A DNA stretch of 64,000 bases. It comes from Takakia lepidozioides (lineage: Eukaryota; Plantae; Bryophyta). Position numbers and translations under genes: made by a program. Shown here one piece after another: positions 48,225 to 57,697 of the stretch. Each line of letters begins with the position of its first letter. Within the stretch, counting starts at the first letter, position 1. The stretch spans positions 4,960,001 to 5,024,000 of the forward strand of contig CM060732.1 of assembly GCA_030704615.1 (NCBI GenBank), read 5' to 3'. The notes beneath the pieces are model-generated. The model did not search any database and was not told the DNA's origin. It saw only the letters and a list, made by a program, of their open reading frames with translations.

Positions 48225-49170
48225 ATTTGTCTTCTGGACTTGTTTGGCGGGATCAGCACCGGATTGGCTGCTGTGTTACAGGCAGGTGTACGAGTTCGGC
48301 GTTACCTGTATGTGGAGAGGGATGAGACTGCACGACGCGTTTCACTTCGCCATGTTGCTCAGTTGGTGCAGCGGTACCCTGAGTTGTTGTCGGTGTCTGC
48401 AATTCGTGGATATCAGCAGGCCTTGCCAGCAGACATTTCGTTGCTGGGGGCGCAGGATTTGGAGCGGGTTGGCTCCATTGATCTGGTAGTGGCAGGTTGG
48501 CCCTGCCAAGGGCATTCATCAGCCGGGCATGGCAATGGATTGCGAGACTCGAGGTCGGGTCTGTTTTGGGAGATGGTGCGGGTTTTGCGCCACTTGCAGC
48601 TTCATCAAGCTGTATCTCCAGCATACATCTTGGAGAATGTGCCACTGATGGGCGATTCTCGGGCCAGGGTGATGGCCAGTGTGCATCAAGTCCGGTCGTG
48701 GCTTGGGTCAGCAGTGTTGCTAGATGCAGCTACAGTGGGGTCACGGGCTCATCGTCCACGGCTATGGTGGACTAACATGATGCCACCCGCACTGCTCAAG
48801 CGTGCATTTGATGGGGTGCAGCGGCCAGCACATCTCACAGTGGATAACATTCTGGACACAGGGAGGCAGTCTCAACGTGTGAGACACGATGACCGTTCGC
48901 CTTTGCAGTGGTCAACAAGGTGGGTCAACCACGAGCAGCATTACCTACACTGCTCAGCTTCCCAGGATCGCATGCTTTCCGGGATAGTGGACCTGGCCTC
49001 CTGTGGGATGCTCAGTTGCAGCAGTTAGTGGAGCCTAATGCTGACGAGCGTGAGCGGGCAATGGGTTTTACCACTGGTACCACGGCGGTGTCGTCTCTTT
49101 CTGAGGCATCACGTCGTCAAGTGTTGGGGCAAGCAATGGATCTCAATTGCTTGACCTGGATTATCAGCTT
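48225..49170 (+). CDS. C5 cytosine DNA methyltransferase domain, DNMT3-like, inside pol
   Basis: motif I LDLFGGI (F at 48243), II YVERD, III DI, IV AGWPCQG (PC 48501-48506), V SRSGLF, VI LENV (48633), VIII AHRPRLWWTN, IX ERERAMGF, X RRQVLGQAM; one frameshift at ~48905. Confidence 0.92.
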
Positions 49171-49679
49171 GGCTCTAGCTGAGCAACGCAGAGTGCGGAA
49201 TACACTTCCCTCAATGGTCTCTCTGCCTACCGAGACGGTACAGGCAGTGAGTGGGGGCGAGCATATGAGGACCACGGGGTGCATGCATCCATGGCACACG
49301 TGGGAGGTGCTCGAGGTTCAGAGAGGGAGTTGGCAGCCAAGGCGGCTGTGATGGATGAGGTTGGGGATTCTTCTCGAGTTGAGGAGGTCCTCAAGGATGA
49401 GATGATGGGGCAGGATGATGCCTTGTCATTGACTGAGCAAGGTAGGGAGTACTGCTCAAGAGGTTGCAGCAAGCACCACGGGACGCGTCCTCTACTCTAA
49501 GCCCACTGGACTTAAGGTTGTAGTTACGGAGGACAATTGGGAGCCTGACATTGGACCCATTGCACCGGAGGAGAGAGACGACGTATACGGCGGTTCCTGA
49601 GGGCTTACAGGAATTGCTTTACCTTCAGTTTGAAGGACTTGGAGCACTGAAGGGTCAAGAGATCCGTATTGAGTTGGCC

Positions 49680-50960
49680 ACTGACACGCCAATCTTTCGG
49701 AGACCCTATAGATACAGTGACATGGAGAGGTCTTTGATTCGATGAGGACTCAAGATCTCTGGGAGGCAGGTTTGGTGGAGCTCTCTGGTGAGAGTATTCT
49801 TCAGCACAGTGATGCCAGCCAAGGGATGTCTATGGGCAATTGGACGGAGAGACTTATGTTGCGGTGATTACCGGCCTGTAAATCGTCAGACCAAGTCCGA
49901 TAAGTATGCCATGCCAACACCAGAGGAGATCTTTGATGCCATCGGGCATGCTAAGGCCTTTAGCACTTTGGATTTACGATCCGGATATCACCAGTTGCCA
50001 ATCAAGGAGGCGGACAAGCAGAAGACGGCATTCTGGGGGATCAATGAGCACGGCAAGGATTGCCTATATCAGTGGCGGTTCTTACCATTTGGGCTTAAGA
50101 ATGCTCCTGCAGAGTTTCAGAGAGTCATGGATAGGATTCTAGCAGGGGTGGACTTGCTCGGTGCTACATAGATGACATCATCATCTTTAGTGTTACGATG
50201 GAGGAGCATGAGAGACACCTTCAGGTGTATTGGAGCGCTTAAGAGCGCACGGATTGAAGTTGCATCCGGGGAAGTGCAAGTTTTTCCACAACCAGATTGA
50301 GTATCTGGGTCACATGATATATCCTGGAGGATTGGGGGTACAGCAGACTAAGGTAGAGGCCATTGCACAATTCCACGCCCCACGGATGTGAGCCGAGTTC
50401 GAGCTTTCATGGGGTTGGCAAACTATTATAGACGGTTTGTCAAGGGATTTAGTACCATTGCAAGGCTCTAACCAAGCTGACCAAGGTGGACCAGGAGTGG
50501 CAGTGGGAAGATGAGCAGGAACGAGCTTTTCAAGAGCTCAAGGCGAGGTTGACCTCGGCGCCTATCTTGAGACGACCTATCAGGGGGCGTCCCTTTCAGC
50601 TGCATACGGATCGGAGCATCTGGGGCTTGGAGCGGTGCTCACACAGGTGGATGATGAGGGAAGAGAGTTCGTAGTGGCTTACGCTAGCCGCTCGAACAAC
50701 GCTGCAGAGGCAAAGTACAGCTCATATGAGGGAGAGTGCTTAGCTGCAGTGTGGGCCGTGGCACACTTCAGGTGCTATCTATACGGCAATCTTTTCACCC
50801 TTGTCACGGATCACCAGCCACTCAAGTAGTTGATGGAGTCAGACAAGCTTACGGGGAAGCTTGCACGGTGGGCACTTATACTCCAGGAGTATGACTTTCA
50901 GGTTGTGCATCGACCGGGTTGGTCAATCGGGATGCGGATGGATTGAGTCGCAATCCATGC
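49680..50960 (+). CDS. reverse transcriptase and RNase H (frameshifted)
   Basis: CGDYRPVN, STLDLRSGYHQ, LPFGLKNAPAEFQR, YIDD (50165-50176), FQLHTD, VAYASR, EGECLAAVWAV, VTDHQPL. Confidence 0.93.
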
Positions 50961-51259
50961 ATGAGCCAGCAGGATGACACTGGAGCTCGGTGGCCATGGT
51001 GAGACGGACGAGGAGATGGTGCCGGGATGGCACGCATCTGCATTTTTGTGTATCTTGGCATCGGGAGGTCAGATTGGACCTACAACAGGGATGACTGTAG
51101 ACGGAGTGTCTGAGGACCCTGAGGCTAGTGATGAGCTAGGTGGTGCCAGAGATATACATGAGGATTCGGCTGTGTTGGACTACCTCCGCACGGGAGACAC
51201 GGCAGCCATTGTGACTGCCAGGGAGAGGGATCGGATCCTACAACGAGCCAAGAGGTTCA

Positions 51260-52380
51260 AGTGGGAGGGGATACACCTACTTCGAGTGTGGGAGGGTGGT
51301 CGGGTAGGATTGTGCCTCACCCCACACAGCGTGCACGGTTAGTGCGGCATGCCCATGAGGAGTTGGGGCATTTTGGAGTGCGACGCACTCACAGTTTACT
51401 GCAGGGGCAGTATTGGTGCGTGGTATGCATACAGAGGTGCAACAGTTTGTGGCTAGGTGCATGGTGTGTGACAGGGTGCGTGCTTCGTTTAACACCCCTA
51501 CACCACAGTTGCATCCTTTACCTATCATGGGATTGGGCTACAGATGGAGTCTTGACTTCGCAGGACCGTTGCCACTGACTATGCGCCACCACAGATATGT
51601 GTTGGTGATGGTGGAGCACTTCTCCAAGTGGATTGAGTTGGTTCCATTGCCTGACAAGGCTAGTGAGGGGCTGCGTATGCATTCTTGGATCGTGTGCTTA
51701 GCCGATTTGGTGCTCCAGCTGAGGTACTCATGGACCAAGGGAGAGAGTTCTTGGGGAGTTTCAGGCTTTGTGTGATAAAGCCTTGATAGACCACCGCACC
51801 ACTTCTCGGATCATCCTGAGGCCGATGGCTTAGCAGAGAGAGTTGTTCAGACGGTGAAGAGGGGTTTGCGCAAGTATGGCTTGCAGAAGGGACACCTAGG
51901 AGATTGGGATCTTCAGGTTTCTTGGTTAGCCATGGGCTACAGGTTCAGCAAACAAGCATCACTTGCCTCCTTCTCACTGGCCGAGAGCCGGATTTGCCTG
52001 CAGCCATTCGTAGGGACACTGCTCAAGTCCTTAACCTTGACGATCCGGACGTGTGGATACGTGCATGTGATCAGCGTGCAGAGTTGTTCAAGAAAGTCAT
52101 GCCCCATGGCTTTTGAGAACCTTGCCATTGCACAGCACCGTGATACGTTGAGGTATGCCACTATACGTGGTGGGGATATCGTCCTGGGGTTCGGAGGTTT
52201 AGCCCTGGTGACTATGTTTATTTGCAGCAGACTGCTCCTACGACTCTGGATGTTACTGTAGGGCGTGTTATTCTGAGGGTTCGAGAGGTGTTGCCCTCAG
52301 GGGTCCCGATCTAGAGGGTCGGGATGGCATGACTTGGAAGACCATGTGCGTAATTGTGCGCCATGTCACCTTCCCAATGT
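51260..52380 (+). CDS. DDE integrase (frameshifted)
   Basis: AHEELGHFG...CMVC (HHCC), WSLDFAGPL, VEHFSKW, DQG, HPEADGLAERVVQTVK. Confidence 0.9.
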
Positions 52381-52429
52381 CGATGGCAGAGTTGACCCAA
52401 ACTTGGCAGTGGTACCTGCAGGTTTGAGG

Positions 52430-52564
52430 TGCATGCTCTGTGGGTCTGCCAAAGGGGCAGCCACCATGCTGGTGTGTGATCGGTGCTCAAGGGTTGGCAT
52501 ATGGGATGCTTGACACCACCTCTTGAGAAGGTTCCTGACGGAGATTGGTTTGTGTCCACACTGC
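52430..52564 (+). CDS. PHD finger at the integrase C-terminus
   Basis: CMLC...MLVCDRC..GWHMGCLTPPL.KVPDGDW.CPHC (C4HC3), read across two 1-nt indels. Confidence 0.85.
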
Positions 52565-52829
52565 TTGGGATAGTGGCAGTGGACATGACTGGAGGCAGCT
52601 AATAACATGGAGGCCAAGCTCATAGGAGTCAATACATGAGATCCCAAGCTCAAGTTCACAGGTTGCAAGATGGCGACTAACGATGGGGCAACTCTTGCAC
52701 CCGGCCTCTTGATCTATCGAGTTTGAGTGTAGTAGGGATAGTGGTGGAGGACTTAGTGAGGCTATGGTCACTATCACATCTTGTGGCTACCTGGACTTAG
52801 AGGGACCTAAGCACCAGCTAGGGGGCGAT

Positions 52830-53340
52830 TGTGTGGACTAGTGTGCTGCCATAGTGGGCAGCGTAGTGGCAGCCTGTGACTGACTAGTTGTAGCCTAGTG
52901 GTTGGACTAGTGCTGGACTAGTGGTAGTAGTGGTATACTAGTGTGTGGTGTGCACATGTGTTGTGTGGTTTTGGACAGCGATGTAGTTGTGTAGCGATAT
53001 GTATGCGCACCAGCTGTCAAGTTATTTTACCACTGGTGTGAAACTAGCTAGGAAATAGCTATCTTTTACATATTGACATTTGGGATTGGCCCAAGTGTCA
53101 ATCCAGGGGTCAAGGCAGATTTAGGCCCTGGAGTGGTTATCTTCACGGCAAGCGCGGGAGGCTCATCTTTCTCGAGTTGAGCCTCACCGCGCCTAGCTAT
53201 GGCGCCGTAGTGTGGATTCCCCATGGCGTGGGGTGCACTTGGCTTGACTTGTATTTGAGTGATGAGGTTATATATGCATGAGTTTATGCTTCAGCTTTGT
53301 GAGCTCGCATGAGCTCGTGCTTGTATTCTTCTTCTTTATC
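52830..53340 (+). repeat. complete 3' LTR (B+A, 511 bp) preceded by PPT AGGGGGCG
   Basis: starts TGTGTGG after tagggggcgat; ends TTTATC. Confidence 0.88.
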
Positions 53341-53343
53341 TAT

Positions 53344-53527
53344 TGTGTGGACTAGTGACTGCCATAGTGGGCAGCGTAGTGGCAGCCTAGTGACTGACTA
53401 GTTGTAGCCTAGTGGTTGGACTAGTGGCTGGACTAGTGGTAGACTAGTGGTATACTAGTGTGTGGTGTGCACATGTGTTGTGTGGTTTTGGACAGCGATG
53501 TAGTTGTGTAGCGATATGTATGCGCAC
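53344..53527 (+). repeat. extra 5' half (segment B) of the LTR
   Basis: repeat of 52830-53010 with a few small indels. Confidence 0.9.
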
Positions 53528-54634
53528 GACATCATCAAAGCTGAGATTGTGTCAGATATAACTTTGGAGAATACACTTGTCGACATGTATGCCAAATGTG
53601 GGAACATGAAGGATGTGCATCAAGTGTTTGACAAGATGACTAAACGAGACATGGTCTCATGGAGTGCCATGATCGCAAGATACATACAGGATGGGTCTAG
53701 TAGGGAGGCTTTCAAGATCTATGAGCAGATGGAACTTGAAGGGGTGATGCCCAACCATGTCACATTTATTTGCATTCTCAATGCGTGTGCCAGCCTTGGA
53801 GCCTTGGGAAAGGGTAAAGAAGTCCATGCTGACATCTTGAAAGCTGAAATTACGTCATATGTAAATCTGGAGACTGCACTTGTAGACATGTAAGCCAAAT
53901 GTGGGAGCTTAGAGGATGCGCGTGAAGTGTTTGACAGTATGGCTAAACAAGATGTGGTCTCATGGAATGCGCTGATCATAGGATATGCTCAGCACGGGTG
54001 TGGTAGGGAGGCCTTGCTCCTATTGGAACAAATGCAACAGGAAGGCGTGAAGCCTAATAGTAGTACCTTCATATCTGTCTTTTCAGCAAGCAGCCATGGG
54101 GGTCTAGTGGATGAAAGCCATCAGTGCTTTGATTCCTTGAGACATGATCATGGTCTCACTGCTACAGTGGAGCATTTTAGCTGCATGGTGGACCTTCTTG
54201 GCCGTGCAGGGCGATTGTATAAAGCAGAGGACTTAATTAACACGTGCCAATCATGCCAGATGTTGGGGTATGGATGGCCTTGCTTGGTGCCTGCAGAGTT
54301 TGGAGATGTGGAGATAGCAGAACGTGTAGCAAAGAGCATTCTCAAGATTGATCTGGAGCACTCCGCGGCTTATGCGCTGCTATCAAACATTTATGTTGCG
54401 GCTGGCAGGTGGGATGACAAAGCAAAGGTGAGAAAAATGATGAAGGACAAGGGTATCAGAAAGGAGCCAGGGTGCAGCTGCATTGAGGTTGACAACAGGG
54501 TGCATACTTTTGTTGTAGGAGACAAATTGCATCCACAAATTCAGGAAATTCATGCTGAGCTGCAGAGATTGTCTGGACTGATGAAGGGGGTGGGATATAT
54601 TCCTGACACGCGCTTTGTGTTACATGACGTTTAG
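53528..54634 (+). pseudogene. 3' part of the PLS-PPR-E/E+ gene split by the retroelement; truncated in the DYW domain
   Basis: DIIKAEIVSDITLENTLVDMYAKCG..., HFSCMVDLLGRAGRL, YALLSNIY, KEPGCSCIEV, GYIPDTRFVLHDV*; in-frame TAA at 53891. Confidence 0.9.
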
Positions 54635-54644
54635 GAGGACATGA

Positions 54645-55709
54645 TGTCAAATGTGGGTGCATCGAGGATGCAAATGGAGTGTTTGACAGTATGGCTGAAC
54701 GTGATGTGGTGTCGTGGAGTGTGATGATTGCAAGATATACACAACAAGGGTGCAGGATGGAGGCTTTGGAGACCTATGAGCAAATGATGTGCGAAGGGGT
54801 GAAAACCAACCACATCACGTTTGTGTCAATGCTTGTGCAAGCCTGGTAGCCCTGGAAAATGGCAAAGGATGCATGGTGACATCATCAAAGCTGGAATTGT
54901 ACCAAATGTCATTCTGAACACTGCCCTGGTGGACATGTATGCGAAATGTGGGTGCATTGAGGATGCACAGGGAGTATTTGACAATGTGGTTGGCTTGAAG
55001 CCGGACAGTATCACCTTTATATATTTTTTCTCTGCATGCAGCCACACTGGCCTACTGAATGAAGGAAGATGCTACTTCGATTCCCTGAGTCAAGATCATG
55101 GTGCACCCCGCCAGTAAAGCACTTTGGCTATGGTGGACCTTCTGGACGTGCGGGACAACTACATGAGGCAGTGGACCTGATTAATAAAATGCCAATCAAT
55201 CCAGATGTTGTGGTGTGGAAGGCCTTGCTTGGTGCCTGCAGAATCCATGGCAATGTGGAGATGGCTGAATGTGTGGTAACATCTATCCTCAAGTGGGATG
55301 AACAGGATGCCACGACTTATGTGTTGCTATATCAAACATCTATACTGCAGCTGGCAAGTGGGATGATACTGCAAAGGTGAGAAGAATGATGAAGGTCAGA
55401 GGGGTTAGAAAGGAGCCAGATGACAAGTTGCATCCCAGAATTAAGGAAATCCATGCTGAGCTGAGAAGAGGAGGCGGGGTATGTGCCTGACACACGCTTT
55501 TTATTGCATGATGTGGAGGAAGCTGAGAAGCTGGCCATTGGTTTTGGGCTGATCAGCACGACTCATCAAGAATCTTCGAGTGTGTGGAGACTGCCACACC
55601 TCCACCAAATTCATCTCAAAGATTGTTGGCCGAGCAATTGTTGTATGGGACGCTAACTACTTTCCACCACTTTGAAGATGGGATTTGTTCTTGTGGTGCT
55701 TACTGGTGA
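54645..55709 (+). pseudogene. PLS-PPR-E-DYW pseudogene with DYW C-terminus (ends CSCGAYW*)
   Basis: [49 protein letters not shown]; HSE zinc motif deleted; very similar to 31450-32345. Confidence 0.9.
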
Positions 55710-56557
55710 AAGGATGTTTTCTTGGAAAGATGCTAGTGTCTTGCTTCATTCATTGATCTGTGTAGCTACTCAGACCATCCACCATTTCCTGAGAATACTG
55801 ACCATCATGTATTGTTGAGTGCAAGATGCAAGTGTCTTGCTTCATTCATTGATCACTCAGACCATCCACCATTTCCTGATAGTGGGGTCTACCCGGCATA
55901 GGTGGGAAGTCAACCCACAATTGCACTTGACTGAAGGGGTGATTTTTGACTGATTCTGGTGACAAATCAAAGTGCTGTCCTAATTCTAGGTTTGGGTGGT
56001 GGAGCTTCTACAAAGCTTGAAGATGGAAGTGAATACAAATTTTAATGAGCTTGATGAGAGGGGCATCCATGTGCACAAGTTTGTTCAGCATCTTAAATTT
56101 GGACATGTTTTTTTGTTTCTCGTGGTGTGGTCTTTGGATGGAGCCCTTGACGAACTTGCATGAATATTGTCAAAAGCTAGCCTTAACCCACCAAGATCCA
56201 ATCCCATGGTGGATGCTTGAAAGTTCATATAGTGAATGTAAGGGTATTTGGGTATGTTTATATAAATTGATGCGGCTTGTGAAAATTGAACATTGAAATG
56301 CAGATCCGCCATTTTTCTTCCAGAAAAAAACAAAAAACGGGATTTGTGCATGTAACACCGTGGGGATGACCCACCCCTTTCTTGTGAAAAATTGAACATA
56401 GTTCTCAGAATTCGTCGCTAGTAGTGCAGAGCAACGCGAAGCCCTAGTACTTAAGAATCCAAGTAGGTTGCAAGCTGCAGTGGGTAGCATGATGGTAAGG
56501 TGGTGGCATTGCAGGCGGCGAGGCTCAGGGTTTGATTCTTGATGGGAGGCACTTGTA

Positions 56558-56810
56558 GTGTAACCCTGGTTGGTGTAACCCCAGTACTGTAACCCTCTGT
56601 AACCCTGGTTTCTCATGTAAGTCTAGTTAGTCCATTTTATACTTAGTCAAATTTCGAGACCAAGTGTGAGTTACACCGAGAAGAGTTACACTCCATTCCG
56701 TGTAACCCTGAGTGTAGTTACACACCTCATCGTGTAACTTAATGTAACCCCAAGTGGAGTTACACACCTCGTCGTCTAACCCAGTGTAACCCCGACTCGA
56801 GTTTACACTC
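56558..56810. repeat. cluster of TGTAACCC/GTTACAC direct and inverted motifs (probable subterminal region of a non-autonomous DNA element)
   Basis: about 12 copies of tgtaac / gttaca in both orientations within 250 bp. Confidence 0.55.
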
Positions 56811-57697
56811 CTTCAGTTCCATGTCACCCTCAAGAGAAGGTGGGGAAGATTTGACATGCCGGAAACCTGCGTACCATCCTGTCAGAGTTTGCTCGTGTGC
56901 ATTAAGTTCTTACATTATTCCTATTATCTTCCATTTTTAAATGAAGGTCGACATGAGTCATGCAACAAATTGTTAAATAGCAAGTTTAGAAGAACTAAAA
57001 AAATATATCAGATAGCGGATGCTACACCAATACCATCATATCATCAATGATCGTGATGATAGGATATGGACTTCTCCTAACATGGACCATCTCTCTCTAT
57101 ACACATTGTCCATACATACATATACATACAACATCATTTAGGCATGTGCATGTATGCCACTAGAGATAATGTTGAGACTATTCCACTGGCACGGTTACTA
57201 GCAAACACGCACCATCCATTGACGGTAAGGCACCAGAGACCGTTCAGGCAACTGGCAAGGGGTCACCCGGGAATACAACAGGTGGTGAAAATAGATTTAA
57301 ATCGCAGAGAAATGAAGAGCAAACCGTCCACCGGACTAGTTTTTCACATTTCCAGCGTTTTCACATGCGATTCGCACTTGAGAAGTGCAAAATGGACGTT
57401 TTTCACACAGGTGCAAACGGGACGCCATACAAGCAACCTAGTAGACGCTTGTGAGGCCAACTGCAGTTGGGAAGAAGGGGGTTGGGAAGCGTGATTGCAG
57501 GTCTCGATTTTGAGAGAAGAGGGAGCTGGGAGAGGGGACACAAAACATTGAAAGATCTTACGGATCGTGAGTCTGGGCAGGGACAGGCAGGGTAAGAAGG
57601 TTACGAAGAGGATTGGGAAGGTGAAATTGGGTGTTTGGGTTCTGAGGTAGACGCCAACGAGGATCAGACCAGGAAAGATATTTGAGAGGGGGAGAAG

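Larger units (their letters stand above)
40881..53527 (+). mobile_element. Ty3/gypsy LTR retrotransposon encoding gag-PR-C5 DNA methyltransferase-RT-RH-INT-PHD, with circularly permuted LTRs
   Basis: Inserted in a PPR exon with duplication GACATCAT (40873-40880 / 53528-53535). Repeats are A1 40881-41206, B1 52830-53010, A2 53015-53340 and B2 53344-53527. All pol domains are recognisable. Confidence 0.93.

Noticed and set aside
48174-49170. bacterial restriction-modification methylase or contamination
   Set aside because: It is embedded collinearly between retroviral-type protease and RT within LTRs, inserted in a plant PPR exon; no cognate endonuclease or operon context.
40881-53527. DIRS/Ngaro/PAT tyrosine-recombinase retroelement (suggested by A-B-A-B repeats)
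   Set aside because: It encodes a protease and an HHCC/DDE integrase and has a PPT and TG...CA LTR; no tyrosine recombinase motifs were seen.
55690-55709. AYW instead of DYW terminus as a functional deaminase variant
   Set aside because: This copy lacks the HSE zinc motif and is frameshifted; the change is probably pseudogene drift.
56558-56810. CRISPR-like array
   Set aside because: Repeats are only 7-9 bp, in both orientations and irregularly spaced; eukaryotic context with no cas genes.
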